A stretch of DNA of 64,000 nt from Ranitomeya imitator (taxonomy: Eukaryota): NCBI RefSeq assembly GCF_032444005.1, contig NC_091289.1, positions 34,100,001 to 34,164,000 on the forward strand, in the 5' to 3' direction. Shown here in pieces: positions 22,946 through 36,003 of the stretch. How positions within the stretch are numbered: the stretch's first letter is position 1; every line of letters starts with the position of its first letter. The translations under genes and the position numbers were made by a program. The notes below the pieces were generated by a model, which worked only from the letters and a program-made list of their open reading frames with translations, was not told where the DNA came from and made no database searches.

Positions 22946-25900
22946 CTTGCTTTGACATTTTTAAGACTGTGTTGTGTTCAAGAGCTTGAAAGGGGTTAGA
23001 TAGAGTCTAAGGAGACCTTGGAGTGTTATTTACCATACATCACTTCAGGGCAATTAGAGTACTTGCAATTCATGAAAAATTTATTCAACGCAAATCGAAT
23101 TTTGAGGGAAAAATTTTGGCAAAACTGGAGAATTCAGTTTTCAAATAATTTGATCATCTCTACCTACTAACTCTCCTACAACCCCAGTAAGCTCCCATAA
23201 AAAGGCCTTCTTGGACTCTCAGAAGAGTTAACGCATCTCCTTATGGCCACAAAAACCTCCTGAAAACAGCACTTCCGGAAAGTTTCTTGTACGTGATGCT
23301 GAGATGCCCCAAAACTCACATTCAGTAGGTGGAAAATAGGGTTTTGGGGGAATGTGAACTGATAAAGGGGCATAGTTACTGGCAATTAATATACACACAT
23401 CTCATCCCCTCCACCAAATGACTATAAAGTTTAGCAGGTTTGACATAAAGGTATCTGGCACCAAAGAATACTCCCTCAGATTAGGGCACATGCAAAATAT
23501 TAAGACCTGACATGACCTCTGTAGGTGCACAATACTCAATATATTTAGATAAATTACCTAAAGGAGTCATCTATGACTTAACCATTCAGGCATTTCTTTA
23601 TTGATGGTCTACATTTAGGAAAAAAAAATAGAAGTTTGAGCAATGGATAACGTCTAGTCCTCTGTAAATTCCCGGGAGCTCACATCTCCTTCGTTGTCTC
23701 CAAATACACAATGCCCTGTCCTTGCAGATGGCTTTGATTGGCATGGCTGCTCAGTCATATTCACGTCAATACCAGGCACATCCACCCTGATATATGGGAC
23801 GCTGTGCCTATAGAAGCAATGAAGAGACAACTGAAGTTCCGCTCAGCATAGTTTATATGAAAAGGCGCGATATCTGCATGAAAGCAAACATCTGATTGGT
23901 GGATGAGTGATTGTTGTGGCCTCTGTATCGTGTCATAAAGAGGTCTCAGTGTTTTTAATTAAAAAGACGACAGAAAATACAGGTTATATTTAAAATTGAA
24001 ATACAAGGATCAAGCAGATGTTAATTAATGAGTTTATACTAGTCAGAGCCGTAGAAAATGCGATACGCATGACTTACCGGAGCGTGACATGTTTTATTAT
24101 AAACTGCTTCAGGGGCAACAAGACAGAGTTAACAGAGGGTGAAAATATGGGTGTAAATTGAAGCTAAATATTATTAGCTCTGGAGAAGCTGGCTGCAAAT
24201 GATAGCTGATAGCAAACGTCCATTTCCATGAAAGAACCTGGAGAAATGACTGAAGTTTACAAGAACATTTCCAGTTCAGAGTCTCTTTCCTTTTTTTTTT
24301 TTGGGGGGGGGGTCTGAAAATAGAAAGTAAAATGCTCCTTCTAAAGCTGATAATTCTGAATAATAAACCTACTAAACCTAACAAATTGTCAGTATTCTGC
24401 CCAATGGGAAGAGACTACAGGTAATACCAATTGTCTTAATTTATTATTACATACAAAATCGTCTCGAGTAAAAAGTTGGAGTAACTTTATAAATACATTG
24501 TATTATCATATCAATTATCTTGTACAAATCCCAAATTATAGCAGGTGCCATATTCCAGAGCTGCGTTCACAATTGTGAAGGCTTCGAAGCTGAAATCTCT
24601 TTTTAATCCATGCGAGTAAATATTTGGATTTATTGTACTCTGGCGATTTGCATTCTACCGTAGGAAAATCTGTATTTGGTTGTCCCACTGTAACGATCTT
24701 CATATTCGATGTTCTTCTAAATCATATTTAAATGGTTATTCCAAGAATCAAAAGTTATCCCCTATTTATAGAAGAACTTACTGATCACAGGGGGGCTGAC
24801 TGCCGGCACCCTCATCAATGCTGAGAATGGAGCCAGGAAGTCTGAAAACCCCGGTATTGAACGAAGAAGTGCATGTCATTGACCTGCGTTCCAATTATTG
24901 TTTATGGTACTGAAGAAGAAATGCTATCTAACATATAGAAAAAAAACATATAAAAGATATAACTTATTAACAATAGTTAAAAAGAACTATAATCCCAAAA
25001 TAATATAATACTGATTGGCAAAAAAAAATGGTCACAATAGACGTCCACCACTTTACCATACCGAGATAGTGACCGGCGGTAGGGCTAGAGAAACGGGTAC
25101 GGGCACAAGAACCAAGTCATTATTTTCCCTCCATAGAAGATGATCCCTATAAACAACCCTAGGTTGGCAGTCTAGATAAACATGCAACATAGGCCCCACC
25201 ATTGACCATCGTCTCCCCCAAGGAAACCCTAGGAGACCCTGTTCTAAACTAAACCTTATATGAACAGACTTCCATGATGTAAGGTAAGCAAAACAACAAC
25301 AACAACAGGAGTGTCTATCCCTTAGTGTTGCAAAATCCAACAGTACAGAATTTAAAGTGACATCAGTGCAAAAAATCAGGCAAAAGCATACATAAGGTGC
25401 TATCAGTTTTTGATTACCTTGTTAAACCAAGACACAAAGTAATCAATAGAATCCACCAAACACTTATGAGTAAAAGGGTTTTCCCAAGAACAAAGTTAAT
25501 TTTAATCAATAGATCTTGCAATAATAATAATTTCCACAATTGGATGTAATTAAATAAAATGTTCCTGTGCTGAGATAATCTTAAAAAAGTGCCCCTGCTG
25601 TGTACTGTGTAATGGCCGTGTCTGACCGTACAGGACATGGTCTGATCATATCACATCTCCTGGGCGGAGGAGGGGGAGAAAAAGAGAGTACAGACATTAC
25701 AGCATGGCAGTAAAATAGTTTATCTCACAAGAAGAATCACCTGTGATCCTATGCTGTGATGTCTGTGTACTGTCCTGTGCTTCCTCCCCTGCCCAGGAAA
25801 TGTGGTATGATCGGAATATGTTCCTGTTCCAGTTCATCTACCCATTTCTCTAGACCTAACAATGTCACATCACCCAGTACTGTCAGGTTGATGAAGTGGT

Positions 25901-25990
25901 AGATGTCTATTGTGATTATTTTTTTGCCATCGAGTATAATATTGTTTTGGGAATATTGTAATGTTTTCTTCTTTTTAACTATCATTAATA

Positions 25991-28900
25991 CCGTATATAC
26001 TCGAGTATAAGCCGAGATTTTCAGCCCATTTTTTTGGGCTGAAAGTCCCCCTCTCGGCTTATACTCGAGTCATATACCCGGGTGTCAGCAGGGGAGGGAG
26101 AGCGGGGGCTGTGTAATCATACTTACCTGCTCCCAGCGCGGTCCCTGCAGTCCCTGGCTTCTCCGGCGCTGCAGATTCTTCCTGCACTGAGCGGTCACAT
26201 GGCACCGCTCATTACAGAAATGAATAGGCAGCTCCACCCCCATAGGGGAGGAGCCGCATATTCATTGCTGTAAATGATCGGTGCCATGTGACCGCTCAAT
26301 TACAGGAAGAAGCTGCAGCGCCGGAGAAGCCAGGGACTGCAGGGACCGCGCCGCAGCAGGTAAGGGGAGCGCAGCGCTATAATTACCTGCTCCTCGCTCC
26401 GGCTCCGTCTGCAGCGTGCAGCAATGACGCTCAGGTTAGAGGGCGCTGTGACGTAGTCAGTGCGCGCCCTCTGCTGAGCGTCAGTGCTGGAGACGGAGCC
26501 GCACGGAGCAGGTAATTATTGAAAGCGCCGGCGTCCTGAGAAGAGAGGTGAGTATGTGATTTTTTTTTTTTTATGGCAGCACCAGCAGCATTCTAAGGAG
26601 CACCTATGGGGCCATAAAGGTGCAGAGCATATATGGGGCACAGCATTATAAGGAGCACCTATGGGGCCATAAAGGTGCAGAGCATATATGGGGCACAGCA
26701 TTATAAGGAGCACCTATGGGGCCATAAAGGTGCAGAGCATATAAGGGGCACAGCATTATAAGGAGCACCTATGGGGCCATAAAGGTGCAGAGCATATATG
26801 GGGCACAGCATTATAACGAGCATCTATGGGGCCATAAAGGTGCAGAGCATATATGGGGCACAGCATTATAAGGAGCACCTATGGGGCCATAAAGGTGCAG
26901 AGCATATAAGGGGCACAGCATTATAAGGAGCATCTATGGGGCCATAAAGGTGCAGAGCATATAAGGGGCACAGCATTATAAGGAGCACCTATGGGGCCAT
27001 AAAGGTGCAGAGCATATAAGGGGCACAGCATTATAAGGAGCACCTATGGGGCCATAAAGGTTCAGAGCATATATGGGGCACAGCATTATAAGGAGCACCT
27101 ATGGGGCCATAAAGGTGCAGAGCATATATGGGGCACAGCATTATAAGGAGCACCTATGGGGCCATAAAGGTGCAGAGCATATATGGGGCACAGCATTATA
27201 AGGAGCACCTATGGGGCCATAAAGGTGCAGAGCATATATGGGGCACAGCATTATAAGGAGCATCTATGGGGCCATAAAGGTGCAGAGCATATATGGGGCA
27301 CAGCATTATAAGGAGCACCTATGGGGCCATAAAGGTGCAGAGCATATATGGGGCACAGCATTATAAGGAGCACCTATGGGGCCATAAAGGTGCAGAGCAT
27401 ATAAGGGGCACAGCATTATAAGGAGCACCTATGGGGCCATAAAGGTGCAGAGCATATATGGGGCACAGCATTATAAGGAGCACCTATGGGGCCATAAAGG
27501 TGCAGAGCATATATGGGGCACAGCATTATAAGGAGCACCTATGGGGCCATAAAGGTGCAGAGCATATAAGGGGCACAGCATTATAAGGAGCACCTATGGG
27601 GCCATAAAGGTGCAGAGCATATATGGGGCACAGCATTATAAGGAGCACCTATGGGGCCATAAAGGTGCAGAGCATATATGGGGCACAGCATTATAAGGAG
27701 CACCTATGGGGCCATAAAGGTGCAGAGCATATAAGGGGCACAGCATTATAAGGAGCACCTATGGGGCCATAAAGGTGCAGAGCATATAAGGGGCACAGCA
27801 TTATAAGGAGCACCTATGGGGCCATAAAGGTGCAGAGCATATAAGGGGCACAGCATTATAAGGAGCATCTATGGGGCCATAAAGGTGCAGAGCATATAAG
27901 GGGCACAGCATTATAAGGAGCACCTATGGGGCCATAAAGGTGCAGAGCATATAAGGGGCACAGCATTCTAAGGAGCACCTATGGGGCCATAAAGGTGCAG
28001 AGCATATATGGGGCACAGCATTATAAGGAGCACCTATGGGGCCATAAAGGTGCAGAGCATATATGGGGCACAGCATTATAAGGAGCACCTATGGGGCCAT
28101 AAAGGTGCAGAGCATATAAGGGGCACAGCATTATAAGGAACACCTATGGGGCCATAAAGGTGCAGAGCATATAAGGGGCACAGCATTATAAGGAGCACCT
28201 ATGGGGCCATAAAGGTGCAGAGCATATAAGGGGCACAGCATTATAAGGAGCACCTATAGGGCCATAAAGGTGCAGAGCATATAAGGGGCACAGCATTATA
28301 AGGAGCACCTATGGGGCCATAAAGGTGCAGAGCATATATGGGGCACAGCATTATAAGGAGCACCTATGGGGCCATAAAGGTGCAGAGCATATAAGGGGCA
28401 CAGCATTATAAGGAGCACCTATGGGGCCATAAAGGTGCAGAGCATATAAGGGGCACAGCATTATAAGGAGCACCTATGGGGCCATAAAGGTGCAGAGCAT
28501 ATATGGGGCACAGCATTATAAGGAGCGCCTATGGGGCCATAAAGGTGCAGAGCATATATGGGGCACAGCATTATAAGGAGCACCTATGGGGCCATAAAGG
28601 TGCAGAGCATATAAGGGGCACAGCATTATAAGGAGCACCTATGGGGCCATAAAGGTGCAGAGCATATAAGGGGCACAGCATTATAAGGAGCACCTATGGG
28701 GCCATAAAGGTGCAGAGCATATAAGGGGCACAGCATTATAAGGAGCACCTATGGGGCCATAAAGGTGCAGAGCATATATGGGGCACAGCATTATAAGGAG
28801 CACCTATGGGGCCATAAAGGTGCAGAGCATATATGGGGCACAGCATTATAAGGAGCATCTATGGGGCCATAAAGGTGCAGAGCATATATGGGGCACAGCA

Positions 28901-31900
28901 TTATAAGGAGCACCTATGGGGCCATAAAGGTGCAGAGCATATAAGGGGCACAGCATTATAAGGAGCACCTATGGGGCCATAAAGGTGCAGAGCATATATG
29001 GGGCACAGCATTATAAGGAGCACCTATGGGGCCATAAAGGTGCAGAGCATATAAGGGGCACAGCATTATAAGGAGCACCTATGGGGCCTTAAAGGTGCAG
29101 AGCATATAAGGGGCACAGCATTATAAGGAGCACCTATGGGGCCATAAAGGTGCAGAGCATATATGGGGCACAGCATTATAAGGAGCACCTATGGGGCCAT
29201 AAAGGTGCAGAGCATATAAGGGGCACAGCATTATAAGGAGCACCTATGGGGCCATAAAGGTGCAGAGCATATAAGGGGCACAGCATTATAAGGAGCACCT
29301 ATGGGGCCTTAAAGGTGCAGAGCATATAAGGGGCACAGCATTATAAGGAGCACCTATGGGGCCATAAAGGTGCAGAGCATATAAGGGGCACAGCATTATA
29401 AGGAGCACCTATGGGGCCATAAAGGTGCAGAGCATAAAAGGGGCACAGCATTATAAGGAGCACCTATGGGGCCATAAAGGTGCAGAGCATATATGGGGCA
29501 CAGCATTATAAGGAGCGCCTATGGGGCCATAAAGGTGCAGAGCATATATGGGGCACAGCATTATAAGGAGCACCTATGGGGCCATAAAGGTGCAGAGCAT
29601 ATAAGGGGCACAGCATTATAAGGAGCACCTATGGGGCCATAAAGGTGCAGAGCATATAAGGGGCACAGCATTATAAGGAGCACCTATGGGGCCATAAAGG
29701 TGCAGAGCATATAAGGGGCACAGCATTATAAGGAGCACCTATGGGGCCATAAAGGTGCAGAGCATATATGGGGCACAGCATTATAAGGAGCACCTATGGG
29801 GCCATAAAGGTGCAGAGCATATATGGGGCACAGCATTATAACGAGCACCTATGGGGCCATAAAGGTGCAGAGCATATAAGGGGCACAGCATTATAAGGAG
29901 CACCTATGGGGCCATAAAGGTGCAGAGCATATATGGGGCACAGCATTATAAGGAGCACCTATGGGGCCATAAAGGTGCAGAGCATATAAGGGGCACAGCA
30001 TTATAAGGAGCACCTATGGGGCCTTAAAGGTGCAGAGCATATAAGGGGCACAGCATTATAAGGAGCACCTATGGGGCCATAAAGGTGCAGAGCATATATG
30101 GGGCACAGCATTATAAGGAGCACCTATGGGGCCATAAAGGTGCAGAGCATATATGGGGCACAGCATTATAAGGAGCACCTATGGGGCCATAAAGGTGCAG
30201 AGCATATAAGGGGCACAGCATTATAAGGAGCACCTATGGGGCCATAAAGGTGCAGAGCATATAAGGGGCACAGCATTATAAGGAGCACCTATGGGGCCAT
30301 AAAGGTGCAGAGCATATATGGGGCACAGCATTATAAGGAGCACCTATAGGGCCATAAAGGTGCAGAGCATATAAGGGGCACAGCATTATAAGGAGCACCT
30401 ATGGGGCCATAAAGGTGCAGAGCATATATGGGGCACAGCATTATAAGGAGCACCTATGGGGCCATAAAGGTGCAGAGCATATATGGGGCACAGCATTATA
30501 AGGAGCACCTATGGGGCCATAAAGGTGCAGAGCATATATGGGGCACAGCATTATAAGGAGCACCTATGGGGCCATAAAGGTTCAGAGCATAAATGGGGCA
30601 CAGCATTATAAGGAGCACCTATGGGGCCATAAAGGTGCAGAGCATAAATGGGGCACAGCATTATAAGGAGCACCTATGGGGCCATAAAGGTGCAGAGCAT
30701 ATATGGGGCACAGCATTATAAGGAGCACCTATGGGGCCATAAAGGTGCAGAGCATATATGGGGCACAGCATTATAAGGAGCACCTATGGGGCCATAAAGG
30801 TGCAGAGCGTAAATGGGGCACAGCATTATAAGGAGCACCTATGGGGCCATAAAGGTGCAGAGCATAAATGGGGCACAGCATTATAAGGAGCACCTATGGG
30901 GCCATAAAGGTGCAGAGCATATAAGGGGCACAGCATTATAAGGAGCACCTATGGGGCCATAAAGGTGCAGAGCATATATGGGGCACAGCATTATAAGGAG
31001 CACCTATGGGGCCATAAAGGTGCAGAGCATATATGGGGCACAGCATTATAAGGAGCACCTATGGGGCCATAAAGGTGCAGAGCATATAAGGGGCACAGCA
31101 TTCTAAGGAGCACCTATGGGGCCATAAAGGTGCAGAGCATATAAGGGGCACAGCATTATAAGGAGCACCTATGGGGCCATAAAGGTGCAGAGCATATAAG
31201 GGGCACAGCATTATAAGGAGCACCTATGGGGCCATAAAGGTGCAGAGCATATAAGGGGCACAGCATTATAAGGAGCACCTATGGGGCCATAAAGGTGCAG
31301 AGCATATATGGGGCACAGCATTATAAGGAGCACCTATGGGGCCATAAAGGTGCAGAGCATATATGGGGCACAGCATTATAAGGAGCACCTATGGGGCCAT
31401 AAAGGTGCAGAGCATATAAGGGGCACAGCATTATAAGGAGCACCTATGGGGCCATAAAGGTGCAGAGCATATAAGGGGCACAGCATTATAAGGAGCACCT
31501 ATGGGGCCATAAAGGTGCAGAGCATATAAGGGGCACAGCATTATAAGGAGCACCTATGGGGCCATAAAGGTGCAGAGCATATATGGGGCACAGCATTATA
31601 AGGAGCACCTATGGGGCCATAAAGGTGCAGAGCATATAAGGGGCACAGCATTATAAGGAGCACCTATGGGGCCATAAAGGTGCAGAGCATATATGGGGCA
31701 CAGCATTATAAGGAGCACCTATGGGGCCATAAAGGTGCAGAGCATATAAGGGGCACAGCATTATAAGAAGCACCTATGGGGCCTTAAAGGTGCAGAGCAT
31801 ATATGGGGCACAGCATTATAAGGAGCACCTATGGGGCCATAAAGGTGCAGAGCATATATGGGGCACAGCATTATAAGGAGCACCTATGGGGCCATAAAGG

Positions 31901-32392
31901 TGCAGAGCATAAATGGGGCACAGCATTATAAGGAGCACCTATGGGGCCATAAAGGTGCAGAGCATAAATGGGGCACAGCATTATAAGGAGCACCTATGGG
32001 GCCATAAAGGTGCAGAGCATATATGGGGCACAGCATTATAAGGAGCATCTATGGGGCCATAAAGGTGCAGAGCATATATGGGGCACAGCATTATAAGGAG
32101 CACCTATGGGGCCATAAAGGTGCAGAGCATATATGGCACAGCATTATAAGGAGCACCTATGGGGCCATAATCAACGGTGCAGAGCATTCTATATAGCACA
32201 GTTGTATATGGAGCATCTATGGGGCAATAATGAACGGTATGGAGCATCTATTTTTATTTTTGAAATTCACCGGTAAATGCTCCATTTTCTACCCTAGGCT
32301 TATACTCGAGTCAATAAGTTTTCCCAGTTTTTTGTGGCAAAATTAGTGGGGTCGGCTTATACTCGGGTCGGCTTATACTCGAGTATATACGG
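25991..32392. mobile_element. Non-autonomous Tc1/mariner-superfamily element of Tc2/pogo type, expanded to 6.4 kb by an internal satellite
   Basis: TIR CCGTATATACTCGAGTATAAGCCGA / TCGGCTTATACTCGAGTATATACGG; TA on both sides (25989-90, 32393-94); no transposase. Confidence 0.88.
26600..32165. repeat. 55-bp satellite, ~100 highly homogeneous copies
   Basis: Unit GGGGCCATAAAGGTGCAGAGCATATA(T/A)GGGGCACAGCATTATAAGGAGCACCTAT; period 55 (26881 to 26936). Confidence 0.97.
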
Positions 32393-32769
32393 TATATGGG
32401 TATATCGTTTTTTATGTTTTTTTTCTTTATGTTAGCTTTTTATATCCTCTGGATTAATTGCTTTTATGCTGGTCTACTGGCGAAAGAAGCCAATTATAGC
32501 CCCCCCTTCGGCCATCAGTCCCATAGAAAATGAAGAAAGCATAGGTCAAGCAGACAAACCTGATCAAGACGAAGCTCTGCAGAGCCTGATTCCTGAATTC
32601 CAGAGTCCTACTATCAGGATCGTTCCTGGTTCCAATAGTTGGACCCCCAACAATCAGCAAACTATACCTTATCTTACAAATAAAGGTTAATTTTTAGGTT
32701 TTGGATTGGAAAAATGTCACTTTAATCTCTATAACATTAGATAGGCAGGTATACTAATTTATACAAAAC

Positions 32770-33437
32770 TGTCATATGTTTACCGCGACAGAGAGGGTCC
32801 AGAAGACCTTGGTATCTGATTTCTCATACTGATTAGGAGCACTTCACCACCATATTAAACAGTGCAGGTTTCTGCTAGCAGTGCAGCGGTTAGTCTGTTC
32901 AGTTGAGAGCTCCTGCAAGCTTTCAAGCTTTGATGATCTCAGCAGTTCATTGTCGCCCAATTGTTTCTACTATATACTATATACATACTTCTGGAAAGCA
33001 GGGATTGCCTGTGTTAGTTTTATACTATCTGGTTCTGAACTTGGAGGTGTTGGCAGATAGGATGTGTTTGGAGTGCTGTTCTAAAGACTGTTGTTTGGTG
33101 ATTTGTCTGTGCTTATATCCTCATCCTCTCCTATTTAGTTTTCCCTCTCTTTACTTCCCAGTATTACACTCTGCTATTTATAAGTGTATATTTGTATGAG
33201 TGGTATTTTCATTTATCCCTGTACGTCTTCCCCTGTTAGTCGAGTTTGTGTATTCCTATACACTGCTACTCCCTACTTCCCTTGGTGAGGGAGGGGGCAG
33301 ATAAGAGCTGATTTAGGAACTCAGTAAAGCATGTGGATCCGGTGTCATCACCATCACAAGTAACCCGAGGAACAGGGATAGCTATATATAGGAAAGGAGC
33401 CCCTAGCCCTGGGATCTCTGGCAACTGTGCCATGACA
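32770..33437. mobile_element. Probable old solo LTR
   Basis: Termini TGTCAT...ATGACA; LTR-like T-rich body; flanks AAAAC/GAATC match only partly. Confidence 0.5.
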
Positions 33438-34199
33438 GAATCAATTTATGTCATAAAATAATAGCTACAGTTTATTATAATGGAGTTGCAATGAAAGAAG
33501 GGGTTCCCAGGAGGAGACACGTTATCTTCCCATGGAGTTTTTCTTTAGTGTGATGTTATTACATATGAAGGCATGTAATAAGTGCTGTCAAGTATAAATT
33601 ACAGTGTACTTGATTAAAACCCATTGCCAGTACTATAGACCTTACACTACTATACTATATCACTTCACAACATGTTAAGTCCCACAATCCACAGTTAAAC
33701 ATGACAATAAGACTGAGTAAACTCCCAGGACCTTGTAGCTTGAAGGTTACAAGGGACATATTACTTGATTTTATGTAGGTTGTTCCTAAGAGAGTGTTCT
33801 ATAATTACAACTATTATTAACAATGCAATCATAACAGTGCTTTATGGTATAAATTATCCAGACTTTCTGTGTATTTTACAAGCAGTATAAAGCGCTCGAG
33901 ATGTAATTGTATTTGCAGTGTTTTAATGTTAGTCACTCAATAGGCTGCGCAGGGAAATATAAAAATGATTAGTACTCAGGAAAGAAAGCTGAGGCACACA
34001 GAGCGAGCGGGAGAGTGCAAACCGTGATTATTATAGATCTTTATAGGCTGGAAAACACTGACTGCAGGAATTAGAAGTACATCGGTTTAACTATGCAATC
34101 ATGATTAGAATCGGAATTATTCCACTTTTAGTGAAAAAATTTACGTAGTCCATTTTACACTGCAACAAAAAAAAGTAAGAAAAAAGCTACAGTATGCAA

Positions 34200-35247
34200 T
34201 GGGTAACCTACATATGTAGCAGCTCAGGAAGGCGCCTTATAAGTGACACCATTTTGGAAACAAAACCCCTGAGGGAACTTATCTATTTGTGTGGTAAGCA
34301 ACGTAAACTCCCAGGTGCTTCACAAAAGTTTATAATGTTGAGCCGTGGAAATAAAAAATCACATTTTCCCCACAAAAAAATGTATTTGGCCCCAAATTTC
34401 ACATTTTCACAATGGTAACAAGAGAAATTGCACCATTCAATTTCATGTGCAATTTCTCCTGAGTACGCAAGTACTCCATATGAGGGGGGAAACTACTGTT
34501 TGGGTGCACAACAGGGCTTGGAAGGGAAGGGGTGCCATTTGTGGTATAAGTGATTTAACAACTTTATTCTTCAGGTCAGTGCGATTACAGAAATACCAGA
34601 TTTATATATTTTTTCTCTGATTGGCTGCTGTCACACACTAAAAGATGCTTTTTTCAGAAACTAATTTTTGCATCGCCATATTTTGAGAGCTTTAATTTTT
34701 CCATATTTCGGCCAACAGAGTCATATGAGGGCTTATTTTGTCGGGACGAGTTTACATTTTTATTGGTATTATTTTCGTATTATAATTATTATTTTGTGAT
34801 TTTTTTTACAATTTTTTTCTTACTTTTTTTTACTTTTTTACAAATCCCCACTATGGTACTTTTACTTTCTGCAGTCTGATTAGAGTTATAAGGTCTAACA
34901 ATGCAGGAGCATTGCCATACCTTACAACCTGTCAGTGCTGCAGACACAAATTAGTTAGATCATGATCTAACTAACTTGCTAGTGCCTGGTGACCCACATG
35001 TCATCATGGCGGGGTCTCCGATCCAAGCATAGAGGAGCTTTCTTCCATCTGCCTGCTCACTAAATGCTGCGGGCACCACTCCTGGAACTGAGAGCCAGAT
35101 GTCAGCTGTCAGAATCAGCTGACACCCAGCAGTGATCGAGTGCGCACTGACTGTGTGAGCGCAAAATCACCTGGACATATCCATACGTCCAATGTTGGTA
35201 AGTACCAGGTGACATAGATGTATGGATACGAAGGTTGTAAAGGGGTA
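34200..35247. mobile_element. Degenerate non-autonomous piggyBac-like remnant
   Basis: Ends ...GTTGTAAAGGGG next to TAAA (decayed AAGGGG-TTAA, like the terminus at 5745-5754). The left boundary is a guess. Confidence 0.4.
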
Positions 35248-35630
35248 AATGTTCAAAAAAATAAGAAAATACTTTTATTTCTCTATAAATAATGTAATGT
35301 TTCCTTGTGCAAAAATTCTACTTTATTTTCTCTACATTTTATTTTTGAAGTTGTTTGCACCAAAATATGCAACAACAATCTGCATTACATGCATATTTTC
35401 AAAAATGTTATGTATTTTTGGTGCAATGTTGTTTTTCATTTTTTTAGTACAAAAATGCCGCGATTCTGCATTTAAAAATGCAATTTTTAGTTTATTTGTT
35501 TTTTGCATGTTTTTTTTAGCCTCTCCATAGAACCCTATTGGAGAAAAAGCAACAACAAAATGCACTATTCACAGCATCTTTAAAGATGCTTCTCATACCC
35601 CTCACTTGGCCCCTATAAAATAATAAAGCC

Positions 35631-36003
35631 TATACTCACCTCCCGTGCTGGCGCTGTTCCTGCAGTGTTGGCACTCGGTCTCGCGGAGCTCTCACACGGT
35701 TGTTTTGACATGTGATGCCGGAGTCACTGTCCTCGCCTCCTGTCGAATTGAGCATGAAGAGGAAGTCTGAGATCAGCTCAACCAGTACTTCCTCTTCATG
35801 TTTGATTAGTTGGGGCTCGGTGATGCTGGTGCTGATTGGGCACCGATGACAAGTGTCATAACAACCACACAAGAGCCCTGGGAGAGCATATGCTGACGTG
35901 AAAATTTTGCCATCACGGAAAGTGAGTATAAGCTTCATTATTTTGTGTGATCCAAACATTTGGATCAAGAAGGGACTTGTCCTAGTAGTGGACCACCCAT
36001 TTA
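35631..36003. mobile_element. Kolobok/T2-like MITE with palindromic core; partial relative at ~17729-17960
   Basis: Right end TTGTCCTAGTAGTGGACCACCCATTTAA is the reverse complement of the AAAGGGGTTGTCCACTACTAGGACA start at 17732. Core arms CATGAAGAGGAAGT / ACTTCCTCTTCATG. Confidence 0.6.

Noticed and set aside
26600-32165. CRISPR-like appearance of the 55-, 34- and 26-bp arrays
   Set aside because: Units are head-to-tail with no unique spacers, there are no cas genes, and the context is eukaryotic.
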